From the NCBI GenBank assembly GCA_038496445.1, contig JALMLS010000356.1, positions 1 to 64,000 of the forward strand: DNA of 64,000 nucleotides, read 5' to 3'. This DNA comes from Trichosphaerium sp. ATCC 40318. Its lineage: Eukaryota; Protista; Tubulinea. The notes under the pieces were generated by a model. It had not been told where the DNA came from. It ran no database searches and was given only the letters and a program-made list of their open reading frames with translations. The translations under genes were made by a program, and so were the position numbers. The stretch's first letter is position 1. Each line of letters opens with the position of its first letter. Shown here in pieces: positions 41,533 to 57,869 of the stretch.

Positions 41533-42366
41533 ATGGCCAAAATCACCAACAAGGTACATACGTTATGAAAACAGGTTAAAATGTTGCTTATGACTTGGAT
41601 TTAGACAAACGACATTCCTTTGGAGACTCAGGTTGATATTTCGTGTCTATCAAACCTCCCGCATGAAATACAGCTAGATATAATCGATTTAGACTTTGAA
41701 GTGTATGTAAAGTGGCCGTTATTGTCGAAATACACAGCAACACTGAGGTTTGATGATGAAATGAATAAACATGGCAAATGGCTTACCCGCAAAATACAAA
41801 CACGTGGACGGGCTGAATATCGCGAAACAGCTATCATTGACAAACAATATACTTTTTTACATGGCAAAGTTGAAGGGGATTATAAAGAGTGGGACAATGG
41901 TATACTGGTAAAGAATTATTGTGTCATTAATGGTAAGATCGAGGGAGTGGTTAAAAAGTTTGATGCTTTAACTGGAAAATTGTTCTTCGAGTGTAATTAC
42001 ATCAACAGCAACAGAGAAGGATATTGCAAATACTGGTATAGCAACGGTCAATTGAGAGACGAATCTTATTACAAAGAAGATAAGGTAGAAGGAGAGTACA
42101 AAGCATGGAGTGGGAATGGTCTATTGGTATTACATTGTTACTATGTTAATGGTAAGAGAGACGGAGAGTATAAACAATGGACTGAAAAAGGACAATTGAT
42201 GGTACATTGTAATTATCTAAAAGGTAAGGAAAATGGAGAGTACAAAGAATGGTACCACAATGGACAACTACAACGACATTGTAATTATGCCAATGGCAGA
42301 TTGAAAGGTAAGTATAAGCAATGGCACATCAGCGGTGAGTTGAATATTGAGTCTACTTATAAATAA
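41533..42366 (+). CDS. F-box-like + MORN-variant repeat protein
   Basis: LSNLPHEIQLDIIDLDFEVYVKWPLLSK and GEYKEWYHNGQL repeats. Start inferred from exon MAKITNK (41533-41553) plus a 51-nt intron (41554-41604). Confidence 0.82.
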
Positions 42367-42709
42367 CACCAACCTATGACTTTACAAATGGTAAAAACAG
42401 GTGTCTTCAACTCGAACTCAAAAATCCCTAGTGAGGTTAAGGATATAACTTCCATCACATAACAGCAACATCTATTATGAACAGTTCATGACATGCACCA
42501 ATGTTAAAATTTACAATATGACTTTATATTATTTTTCATAGCTTGGTTTGTTCAATGACTTGGCACAGAAAACAGCAGTACATATATAGTTTCTTTTATT
42601 TTTTTTCTTTCAGGAGTTGTTCTCGTAAAAAATATACAAAAGTTGTTGAGACAAGTCTTGAAGTTAGGTCCACGTTAGTTTCCAAATGGTACAATGATGA
42701 GTACTGCAA

Positions 42710-43635
42710 TTAGCTTTCGTAGTTTACTGGTACACATATTTCGTTTGTTCTTGTAAATGGTAAAGTCCTATATTGCATTGAGAACGAGAACAAGGAAGAA
42801 GAAAAAACGATTTGATTAAAAAAAAAAGATGCAAAAAAACGTGATCACGACGGTTCGTTGAGAAAAAAAAGTTTGTGTTTAGAAAGAAGTAAGTTTCTTA
42901 TAGTACTATTTGATATGTGTAATACTTACCAAGGTGGGTTGTATTGATTGTAGTACCAATCCTCATTTGTGTTTAATTCTACGCCATCTTTTTGTAAATC
43001 TGCTTGGAGGTCATCAAGTTGTTTCTTTACTTTAGCATCTCCAGCATATCCAGAGAACTTTCTAACAGCAACAACAAGTTCTTCAGTTTCTTTAATTATA
43101 ACACACGAATCCTTAGGCTTTGGTAGAGTATCGATAGTGTACTTAGAAAGGAAGTTAGTTAAGTGAAAGTGGAACTAGTTCAAATTCGCTACTGTTGAAA
43201 ATCTTGTTTCTCTTTATAAATGCGTTATTTACCTTTGATGGCATTGTAAAACGCATGACCTTCTTATTATCAACGTTTTTAATTTCAACAGGGACCGTCA
43301 TGGCGACGTTGGCGCTTTTACTAAAGAAATCATTAAATAACCCTATCGGAGCAACCACCATGCGTAAAAACGTACTCAGTATCACCTACAGTGTTTTTTC
43401 CAAAGATAAAACCCGCTAGTGATCTAAAACCTGCAGAATCGCTTCCCTCTGCGAATAGTAAGCTACACAACTCATACTACAACCTTTTTGATGAATACAA
43501 AGTAGTTAACGTACCGCCATACGTTGTTTCGGCTATAAGTAACGAAGGATACTTCCTAATCTCATAGGAGCCTTTGTCAGCTAGTACTTCATGTTTTGGA
43601 GCTTCTTCGCTTATTATACCAATTGTTGATCCCAT
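42710..43635 (-). CDS. SOUL/heme-binding family protein
   Basis: YEIRKYP, GFRSLAGFIFGKN, AMTVPV, MRFTMPSK, LPKPKD, VAVRKFSG, QYNPPWTLPFTRTNEI. Confidence 0.92.
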
Positions 43636-44170
43636 AATGTATTCAGTTGCTTTGTTTTGTGGTGAAATGGTATTGATTGTTGTATAAATGGAGTTTCTAT
43701 TTGCCGAAGCAAAAAACGGAGAAAAGAAAAACGGAAATTTCACAATATTTCGGAAAGTGAGCTAAAACCATAACCGCGAATATGTACTTTGTTTTAAGAA
43801 GCCAAAGTGTTTTATACATCTGCAAGTAAACGCCACACAAAATTAGAGGCATGGAGATGGTTTAGAGTACGAGTAAAGACCAACTCAAAACATTTCAACC
43901 ACGTTTTAGCTTGGTCAGAAAAAGCTGATGCCAAAAACCAAAACTGAGGTATTCTAGCCACATGTTACCAAACAAAATTGTTCACATTTCGCCTCGATTA
44001 TTGTGCATATAGATTGAAACTGTTTGTTGGAGCATCGCCCTTAACTTCATGTGTTGAAACAAAGTAAAACCTAGACTTGAGGAAGGACAATAGAGTAAAT
44101 CAAACTTTTTTTAAACGTGAATTTATGATACAAGGGGTGTGTTTAGGCGGTTGGGTAACACCGTGATTAA

Positions 44171-46461
44171 TCAGTGATTCTCCCAGAAGACAAAAAGATG
44201 CTCCATGAATAGATCCAAGTCATTCTTTGCTAACTCAATAGCAGTCTCATTAAATGAAACATAAGACAATGGAACATCATTCGTTTGTGCAGCTGCTTTG
44301 AAAGCTTGACCGAGGCGGTTCATGATAGGTGCAGCACCAGAATGTACGCCTGGTATACCAACAACAAGGTACTTATCTTTATCAGTAAGTGTAGCAATAA
44401 CAAGTGGCTTCAAGGTCGTGTCTGCCCGCATTTCCTAAAATCGAGTTTAGTAAACGAAGAAAAAAATGAGGAAAAGAAAAACTGTTCTGAGCGGAAATGA
44501 TGGTTAACCGTTACGCTATATATTTAGTATACGTACTATAAGTGTATCTACTATAAAATGACCAAGGTTACTCAAAGATGTAGGGTTAAGAAAGAAGGCA
44601 CTATCGGGACCTTCATAAAGTCGGACAAAATTAATAGATGATCCGATTTTATCTTTTGACTCGTAATCCTTTCTTTGTATAATACCTATAGCCTGCCTCA
44701 CCAATGCCTCTTGATGTAATATAGCCGTATTTATACCTTTAGCCAACGTATCGCTTTGTAGAAAGTGAGAAAAACGGAAAACAATACAGTACTTCAACAA
44801 TTTAAAAAAAGCGCGTACCTGCCGAGATTATCGATGGCACGGACTGCTTCCCAGAACTTATGTTGAAGCTGCTGTGCGTTATTATCTTGCATACCAACCA
44901 CTCTCGGTTCTGGATTCTTCAAAATTGCAGATACACCATAAACTACATCAGCAGCTGAGACTTCAAGACCAGACTCGAGTTTCTACCAAAAAAAAGTTAA
45001 CAAAAAAAATCATAATCAACTCCAGCCCAAAACGTCACAACAAAAGACCAGAAATTCGTTGAGTAACTTATATAAAACACCATGCATCATTGAAAGGAAT
45101 GACACTCATTACGTCACTTGCAAGTCGAAGAAGAAAAAGTACGAGAATGAAATTACACGTGAAAAAAAAAAAAGACGTACTTTGTAAAACGAAACGTAAG
45201 AATGATCGTTCAAGTTACAGCTTAATTTAGAAGCTGCCTGTGCTAGGTTTTCCTTAAGCCTATTTTTACAACCACTATCGAGGTATCTCCATTTTTGGTT
45301 GGCCTTATTAAGAGGAACAGGGATAAGCGCAAGAAGTGTTTTTAGATTTTTTTCTCCAGCATATTTCCAGAACTCCATCTTGATACCAGTGTAACGAGAA
45401 TGCTTCATAGACTCATAGAGTGTCCAATGACGAAGTAGCATGAATTTAAACCTAATAAAAGTAGGTTAAGAACAAGATCAGAGAAGAAAAGCAAAGAATC
45501 GAATAAAAACAGTAACAAACAAAAATAAAAAAAAAGCATCGTACTCTTCGCTCATGACGATTCTATTGAGCTGCAACTTCATTGATGTACTTCCACTGGA
45601 TGCATCTCCAAAGTTCTCTTGCGTTTTATTAAGGACCTCTGTAGCGAATTGCTTAACGTCCATCTCGTATCTCGTGATGTCAATGTGTGAGTGTAAAAGT
45701 TGATCTGTGAGTGAAAGAATAGACCACCAAAGCATATTCATGTTATTTTGAGGAGGTGTCAATGATGAAGCAAGACTATACATTAACCCACCAACACAAA
45801 AACCGGAAGCCACACCACGTGAAGGGTCCTAAAGAGACGTAAAAAAATGAACAATAAAAATGTCACATTATGACATTTGAAGAAATAAAAAGTCGTCTAA
45901 GAAAAACAATTTTAATATGATTGTCACGTGCATAAACATCTTCTGCTCCGGCAGTCGAGTCCATGTTATCATCCATGAGAAATATTTGTCGCTTATTGGC
46001 GCAGTTATTACGCTGGTAAGGTCGCTGTGTGTCAAAGACGTAAACCATGATATTTGGGTTTTGATCCATATCGTAAAAGTCGTAAAGATCTTTTCTAGCG
46101 CCACAATTCAACATGATAACGCCTTGTACCTTTATTCAAACGCGTTAGTTTCTTCTTAAGCGTATTTAAGAGACGTACAGAATCAGCTGTAATGTTTTCT
46201 TTCCAATGTGTTATTCCTTGGTAATCAGATACGCATACCACTTGCCACCCAACGCCGTACAGATCAAGCAAGTCCTGAGTTGTTTTAATTTTGTGTAAAC
46301 AGAGTATTTGAATTTATAATCAGTACGCATAGTATTTTGGCGCCTACTACAGTATCCACAGAGTTGGCAGCGGCTATTATGTAAACTGGTTTCCCGCTTT
46401 TAAACGCATCTGCTGTAAGCTTTCCAAACGCTTGAGAAAATAAGTTTATAGGTATGAGCAT
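44171..46461 (-). CDS. CDC45: DNA replication factor Cdc45
   Basis: LNCGA, VYVFDTQRP, LWWSILSLTDQ, FMLLRHWTLYESMKHSRY, NRLGQAF, F.ETAIELAKNDLDLFME. Confidence 0.9.
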
Positions 46462-46675
46462 AGTTGTTTTGTAAGTAACGGTTACTGTAGACTTTCAAAA
46501 AATGAAAAAAGTCAATAGCCTTCTCGCTACGTATGACACTTGCCGTGTACTACACTGGGAGGCTTGTAACGCTCGTACAAGAGCTTTTTTTCGAAAATAC
46601 AAAACAACTTTAAGCCACTATTTTTTGTTTGTCCGTTTTTTTTACATCTAAGTGCACCTCTGAACGCTCTGTGCG

Positions 46676-48602
46676 ATGCTCCAAGCTCAAACTACTAGAT
46701 TGGCGCAAAGATATGGTGCTCTGTCTAAAGCGAGGTCTTATTGTACAAGAGCACACCCAAAAGGTATTTTACCGTCCAATATAGCAAGCGTCGCTAATAA
46801 AACATAAAGGAACAGTAGTTGTCGTCACTTCTGGCAAAGGTAACATGCTATTAGCCATAGCAGGTCGTATCTAACCATTAATACCAGGTGGAGTTGGTAA
46901 AACAACAACAAGTGCATCTTTCGGATATGGTCTAGCTAAAAAGGGCTTTAAAACATGTATTATTGATTTTGGTGCGTTTAGGTAGCCATCCGGACATTAA
47001 AACTGACTTCAGTCACGTTCGACACGCACGAACGCCGGTTTCATTGTCTATAACCCTCAATGGGCATTTTAATGGCGCATTCTTACCTGGCTTTAGATAT
47101 TGGTTTACGAAACGTTGATGTACACTTTGGTATTGAACGACGCGTTATATACGACTTTGTACACGTCATAACAGGAGAAGCAAAGTTATCTCAAGGTAAT
47201 TGTTTTACTTTTTTTTTCAAAAACGACTGTACTCTGGCCGTGGCGTATAACTGCACGATTCCAAGCGAATCGTAGCAATAGTAGAAACTGGAGCGCTTTT
47301 GAAACAAATTTTTTTTCGTTTTTTTGAATTTTCGGTTAAACACGCTCGAATGGTTCATAACGCTGTGTATTATCGCTTATACGTTATATAGCCTTGGTTG
47401 TAGATAAGGAAAATCCAAACTTACAAATCTTGGCTGCAAGTCAAACAAAAGACAAGACTGTACTCGATAGCGATAAATTAGAAGGTGTTATGGAAGAGTT
47501 GAAGTCTCAATTTGATTTTGTTATATGTGATTCACCAGCTGGCATCGAAGCAGGTATGTTTATTGACTACAAGGCATAGTACATCAACACATTTTTCTGT
47601 TTTGACAAAAAATATGTGATTGTTATTTCGCCTGTCATGACCCCTTATTCGTTCTTAGGTGCATTCCATGCGATGTATTACAGTGACGTAGCCCTAATGT
47701 ACGTTTACTTGATTTAAATTGTTCAATGTGATCACCGCACAAGCAGTTTTTTCGTTGAAATTCAAACTCAATTTTATTATTTTGATATTTCTAAACTCTT
47801 GAGTTAGTTGTACAAACCCTGAGACTTCGTCTATACAAGATGCTGATAAGATGCTTGGATTTATTGCTAGGTAAGTTATAATTGATTCTATTCTAATTTG
47901 ATCTCTTACTTCGTACGTGCTAACTAATGATGCAAACAGTAAATCAAAACGCTCAGAAAATGGTCAGATTGTAAAGACACATCTTTTGGTTAACAGGTAA
48001 AACCTACTTGCCACTATGACGCGCTTTTGTACTGCGAAAGTGTCATATTGTAATTTTTTGTTCCTCTGGAATTTTATTGTAGTCACAATTTGCTTACATC
48101 GTTTTAGATACAACCCTGCACGTGTTGCTAGAAAAGAGATGATCTCAACAGATGATATTAAGACAATTCTTCGTATTCCTTTGCTTGGTGTAGTACCAGA
48201 GAGTACAGATGTGCTTTCTGGCACAAACGTTGGTACGTGCTCAAACGACTTTATTTGTTACGACATAAGCGACTGTTGCGTTTTTTATGGAACGGTTTTT
48301 TTGTGCTTTTTGAGTTCACCCAAACGTTAGCGACATTTTATGTACATAGTTATTTACCCTTTTCTTAGGTCGCCCTGTAATCACTATTGAAGGCAGTGAA
48401 GCTTCTATTGCATTTACAGACGCTGTAGATAGGTACGAATATTGGGTTGGATATCAATTCCCTTTTTGAAGAAAATTAAATTGCTTTTTTTGACATTTTC
48501 CTTTTTTATTGTAGGTTCCTTGGCAAAGATATCCCTATGAAATTCTTGACGCCCAAAAATGGATTTATGGACTTTATTAGTGGGTTCATGCCTAGCAACT
48601 AA
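46676..48602 (+). CDS. minD: Nucleus-encoded, probably mitochondrion-targeted septum site-determining ATPase MinD
   Basis: Arg-rich acid-free presequence; VVTSGKGGVGKTT, DFDIGLRN, RRVIYDF, DSPAGIE, TNPETSSIQDAD, LLGVVPES, C-terminal amphipathic GFMDFISGF; about 10 spliceosomal introns. Confidence 0.95.
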
Positions 48603-48995
48603 TAATAAAAAATGTATTGAGTTTCCATAAAAAAATCGAGAGGTAACCAATTTTAGCGTTATTGATACGTTTTTAAATGGTATGAGGGGTTGTTTGGTAG
48701 TAATTGTTTAGTGATTTATTTTATTTTTTTTATTCGTGACTGTTTGGGTCCGTGTACATTTTAACGTTTGGGTAATAAAGTGTAAAGCAAAAAAATCTTT
48801 CTGTATGTATTATACTCGGTACATGGCATGATTATCATCATATTTGCTTGAGATGATCAGATTTAGACTTATTATTGACTTCTGTTCCCTGTTTTTTAGG
48901 TCAGAAAACAACGGAAATTGGATAGAAAAAAAAAAAACGGCTATAATTATTCGAGTTGGTTTGAGCTTACAAAAAATGGAAAGCGTCTAAAAACC

Positions 48996-51900
48996 ATGGC
49001 TAGCACTCGCCCACCTCAACAATATGAGGAAGAAAGGATGTATGATCATCATGGTTTTATCTTCGCTAAGAAAACACTAGGCTAAACGCACACATTCTCC
49101 AGTACCTCAAGAAGAAGCGCTTTCACCAGGCAGCAACCGCATTTGCTAATGAAGCGCCCTTACCCGACGAATCACAGATCAACTCCCCTACAGGGTTTTT
49201 ATGGGAATGGTGGTCCGTGTTCTGGGATATTTACAGAGCCCGGCAAAAGACACCGTGTAGTCCAGAAGCAAAGAAGTACGTTGAGGTACGTTAGCGGTGT
49301 AAATTTCGAAAAGGCGAAACGACGCACGGGCAATATGCTCTTACAATGTACAATACGACTATTTACACTGAAACAGTTAAAACGACAACAAGTGATGAGT
49401 ATGATGTTTCCCAATGCAATGGTAAGAGCGAATGGGGCTCTGTATGGTCCTACGTACTATCAGGCCGGTGACAAGGTTAGAATCGTCAGCTTTTTTTTTC
49501 CGTCTTTTTGTTTTTTTTGACAAAAAATCCAGTACGAATTTAATAAGTACTGGTTGAACTATATCCAAAATCGCCAGAATGGAAGCGAAAAGACAAAAAG
49601 TATTTGACGGAAAGGTTTTTTTTTTGTTCGAAATTCTACCTACAAATCTTACGAAACGCCTTAAAAACAGTCTTATATTAATTAAAATAAGTATATGTAC
49701 ACTAATTAACCCTCCGATATACATTTCAACCAACACTTGGCATTTTCGGGCACCTTTTGAACAAAAACAAAAAACATTCTAAATATGCCCTTTTAGACCT
49801 AATTCTATTACCAAAAAACAATTTTAATTTATTACGAGATATCTGTATGATGACGTTTTGATTTTTTTTTTTTTTTTCAGTATTTTTTGTGACCTGATAA
49901 GGTTAAAGACAGAATTCTGTTTTTCTTTCATGTGGTCTTTTGGTGGATTCCTTCTTTTTTTTTTTTTGATTTATTTATTTTCTTTTTAGAACATGCCTGA
50001 AGGACATCCTGGTGCACCAGGTCGTACAGGATATGCATATGCAAACGCACAATATAGACGTGTACCTGGTCAACCTAACTGGTTAGTAGTAATGTCTGTT
50101 CTTTTCTTTTTTATTAAATGTTTTCTCTCGTTCTTTGCAGATTTTTTTACGTGAACAAAAAAAAAATTGTTCTTTTGTGAAATACCGTATTTAGACGTTC
50201 AATCTGCATTTTTTTTTATCCATAATTATGGATTATATTTTGATTACATTATATAATACAGTTTCATGCAACTGAAGCGTATGAAACGCTGTCAAACCTT
50301 CGAGAAAACCAAAAAAAACCGAGCGCAATTTTTTTTATTTTACAATTAATTTATTGACCTGTGATGATTTAGGCCACGTTCAGGAAGTCATGATAATGTT
50401 GGTATGTTCACTCAACAGTTTACTTTTTATTTTTTTTTTGCTTCATTTTGTTTTGACTTATTGTACTTGTAGCTGGGTATTCACCACCTTATTTCCATAG
50501 ACAAGTTGGTAGACCTATGCACCCACATCCAGGCGCGCCAGGTATGCCTAAACGTGGGGAGGACCCAAGCAAGATGAGTGGTGCTAAGAAAGAGACTAAA
50601 TCGGAAACCACTACTAAGGGTAAAAAGGGTAAAAAAGCTAGTGCCAAGGACAAAGGTGTATCTGCAAAGGTATCACGAAATGCTGCTGTATCTGGTAGAG
50701 TTAACCCTCCAGCTCAAGGTACGAGATATCTTGTGACATTTTTTGAGTGTGTACCACAATACCTTGTTCTCTTTCTTAACGTGATGCTCATTCTGTCAAG
50801 ATTACGGTGTCAACGCTTTCAAAGGCCCTACATTCAACAGAACACCTCCTGAACATTACAATGCACAAATGGGGACGAATTGGCAGACAACACCATCGTT
50901 TGTTGGTGGTTATGGAGCAATGGTAAGCCAACAACTAAGAGAAAAGCTTCAAGTGATTTTGAGTTCACATTTTTTTTTCAGTCATTGTGAAAACACAAAA
51001 ACCTCTTTATTAAATTATTTACGCGCATGCCGTTGTTATGAACACATTGGTTCGAAGTTGTGTTTGTGAAACGTGAAAAGATCACATTTTATGTGACACT
51101 AACCGCGGATAAACTGGTTTAAACGCGTTTTTTTACTAAACGTGCTGTACCTACACGCTGCACTACGCGTTTACACGCCCGCGTAGCTGTAGAAATTGCT
51201 GCCATTTTTTTTTTGTTAATTATTTGCGTATTTGACTCTTACATCCTTCGCAAGGCAACCCGGCCGGGGACACAAAAAGGACAAGGTGGTAATAGCAAGG
51301 TAGATGGTAATCAAGCAAAGTATGACTACGCGCATAGCGACCTTTGACCACTTTTAGAATTTTTTTAGCTTTTTAACGTTTTCTCTCTTAGGGATTCTAA
51401 ATCAAATGCAAAAGCCAAAACTACGCGTGGCAGGCAAGGTTCTTATGGTGCTGGAGCAGCTAAAAAGCAAGATAACGGCCAGAAAGGCCCAGAAATGACT
51501 AAAATGCAGCATAAAACACGTAGTAATACAACTTATTCAAATCATGAACAACAACCAGCTGCGCCACCAAAGACAACAACTAGTCGTAATACTGGAGCAA
51601 AAGAACTTGTATTTCACATGGCTAACAACACAGTACGCTTTCAAAAATTACAATAGTCAACTCTAAAAGCTTGAATTCGTTGCGAACGTAACGCATAAAA
51701 AAAATTTGAAACTTGAAACCACGAGAATTTCTTTGCGTTTACGCGTTACATTAGCGCGTAGCGAGCAACCTTTTTTCTTATACTTGTCGTTTTTTTTTGC
51801 TTATCATTTATTTGTCTATACAGAGCGGCCGTGGTGGTAGAGGTGGTAGTACAAGAAAGGGTAGTAAAAGAGGGCGAGTACCAAACCGTGTAGCTCAGAA

Positions 51901-54124
51901 TATGAATCGTGGTGGATATGCAGAGTTTGAAGTAAACAAACGCCAAAAGCACGTTCATCCAACACCTCAGACAAATGGTCAAACAAGAGGTGCTCAGCCT
52001 CAGGCTATACCTAGAGGAGGTGGGTATATGCCAAACCCTTCAACAGGTGTATTCTATCAAGGTCGTCCACAGCATCAGCAATGGTTGTTTCATCAACAAA
52101 CAAATAGTCATACTGGACAACACGCTGCTTCTGTTACACATCACAGTATGCCTCATCAAGGACATCCACAGCATCCTTCTCCTATGGGTCAACATCCTCA
52201 AGGACATCCACAACACCCTTCTCCTCACGGACATCCACAACATCCTTCTCCAATTGGTCAAGGCCATCCGCAACATGCTTCACCTATGGGTCATCCACAG
52301 CATGCTTCTCCAATGGGACATCCTTCAGCTATGGCACATCATCCTCAGCACGCTTCGCCAATGGGTACAGGTGTTATGGGGCATCCACAGCACGCTTCTC
52401 CTATGGGTCATCCGCAACATGCTTCTCCAATGGGTCATCCTCAACATGCGTCTCCTATGGGTCATCCTCAACATGCTTCGCCTATGGGTCATCCACAGCA
52501 TGCGTCTCCTATGGGTCACCCACAACACGGATCTCAAATGGGGCACCCTTCACATCCTTCTCCAGCAGGCGTTAGAGGACCTGGAACTCCTGGTAATGTT
52601 ATGACGCCTACAGGAACACCTGGAGGTTCAGAGTCTTTCCTTCGTTCTTCTGCAGACCAGCCTTTCAATAATTTCACAAACGCTCAAGCACCTAGCGAAG
52701 AGACTAGTGATCCAAGTGGTATGTTGAGTGATTTTTCAGAGATTCTGGCAGGCGCTGAACAACAAGAAGGTTTGTTTGATTAATTTTTTTTATGTGAACT
52801 TTTTTTTTTGTGCTTAGTTAAAATTATAGGTGCTCAGTTACCTTACGATATTAAATTGCTTTGTGATGTTGGATCACATAAAGATAAGGTATTGACATCC
52901 TGTTTTGATAAGACAGCAACCAAACTTCTTACAGCTGGAAGAGAGCGTGTGGTAAGTCAGAGAGTGAAAGAAAAAAAAGCGCTAAGGATTAATTTTTTTT
53001 TTCTTAGATTTATGTTTGGAATGTACCTAGTAGCTTATCAAATGCGACTATGCAAGGCGCACCAATGCAAACACTTAAAGGACACAACCAGGACTTTATT
53101 AGCGAGTTAAAATCAGCTATTTCTCAAAGTGGTAGATCAATTGTTGCTTCTGCGTCAATGGACTTTTCTATACGTATATGGGATATAGGTGGAGATTCTA
53201 GAGCTCGTGTATTGCATTTACGTAGAGAAGCAGAAGTAAACTATCCTACATCTATTGATTTCCATCCAACAATGACTCAGACGCTTGTTTCAGCGCATGC
53301 TAGTGGACATTTGCGATTTTGGAACCTTGCGAACTCCGCTCAAGTTTGTGAGCTTGAGGTACGATTATAACCGAGTATTAAGCAACAAGGATGTGCTCCG
53401 ATCTTGTCGGTTGATTCTTTCAAGTTTTTTTACCTAACATGTTTACGCGTAAAAACCTAGTCGCTACGCGAATTCCAGTATATTTCTTTGTTTTCTTCAA
53501 ATGCGTTGTACTCACTTGTCGCTTTTTTATTAGGATGTCGCAAAGAACATTGTATCGTTTCAACCAAAGACAGGCACTTTTATAGCTTGTGGATTTAATA
53601 ATCAAGTTAATGTTGTCAATAATGACTCTAAAGAGATTGTTTTTACGCTCTCTGGCCATGAAAAGATTATTGTAGCGATAACTTGGAATCGTGCAGGTGA
53701 TAGACTTTGTTCAGTGTCTGCAGACTCTGTTAGGATATGGGACATTAAAGCACAACGTAGTGGGCGTAAATTGAAGCCTATAGCTACATTTAACGGAAAC
53801 GGTCTTTCTGCTGCTGTTTTTCATCCAAAGTACGCCAATTACCTTTATACAGCTTTACAGCTGTCGTATTATAGTCTTTAGCTTGCTTATACGCTTTTTT
53901 TTTAAAGGTATGAGCAGACTGTTATTATTGGCTCTTTTAAGGAACTTACCATTTGGAACTACAGTTCAAACAAGAAAAAGAGAAAAGAAGGGATGCATAC
54001 ATCTACTATTAGTTCACTTTCTACAGTAATCAAATCAGAGACTAATGATGGTCGTGGAGAGGCTACTTATTTATTAGCTTCTACGTGCACTGATAAGACT
54101 GTAAAGTTATGGACTTTAACATAG
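48996..54124 (+). CDS. LEUNIG-like transcriptional corepressor (LisH/LUFS + low-complexity middle + WD40)
   Basis: MLNAHILQYLKKKRFHQAATAFANE...GFLWEWWSVFWDIY is the LUFS motif; WD40 region TSIDFHP, SFQPKTG, LSGHEKII..TWN..GD.LCSVS.D, FHPKY, DKTVKLW follows the LUG pattern. Confidence 0.88.
52150..52565 (+). repeat. 27-bp coding repeats, GHPQHASPM
   Basis: About a dozen units such as ggtcatccacagcatgcttctccaatg. Confidence 0.92.
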
Positions 54125-54488
54125 TTGGGATTCAGTGAAAAAAACCCCCATCCCAAACCAAAAAACATCAAACACCTTTTTTTTACAAAAAACTCACTCA
54201 AAAAAAAAAAAAGGCTTAGAGCGAACATTTTAAAAAAAAGAAAAGGTTTTTATTAATGATTGCCCTTTTTTGTACATATTGTCATTACTGTAACCATGAT
54301 TTTAAAAAAATAATAAACACGATTGTAATCCAAGACTAATTGATCATGTGATTTCTTTTTTGTTTTGACTTCTTTCAGTTTTAGCAACAAAATAACCAAG
54401 AGCATGGAATGGAGGGGATTTGTTTTTTTACATTTCAATAGTATTTACAAGATTAATAAACTGTTTTTTTTTTTTTGGTTTTGTTTTG

Positions 54489-57588
<3,100 letters not shown>

Positions 57589-57869
57589 GTTTTTGTGTAC
57601 GTTACTATCCTTTCAGCATTTACAATTCTAGTAAACTTTTGAATCTACAAAAAAATGGCGCCTTAAAATGGCTGACTTAATCTTAGTTTTCTCGCAGCCT
57701 CATTGGCTAGGCAGTTCAGGTTTCGTATAAGTTTGCGTTATTACGCATCAGAAAGTTATAAAAGGAAAAACAGAAGCGAGATAGTGTAAAAACAGCAAGT
57801 GATGTCAGAAAACCACGCAGTTACCACAGGCCATTGGTAAATAGCGCAATAAATGATTCTTTAGCTTAA

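Noticed and set aside
46676-48602. Bacterial contamination or recent transfer of minD
   Set aside because: About 10 spliceosomal introns, a targeting presequence and contiguity with CDC45.
51975-52604. Alternative-frame and antisense ORFs over the GHPQHASPM repeat, and antisense ORF over MORN repeats (24773-25189)
   Set aside because: By-products of repeat periodicity.
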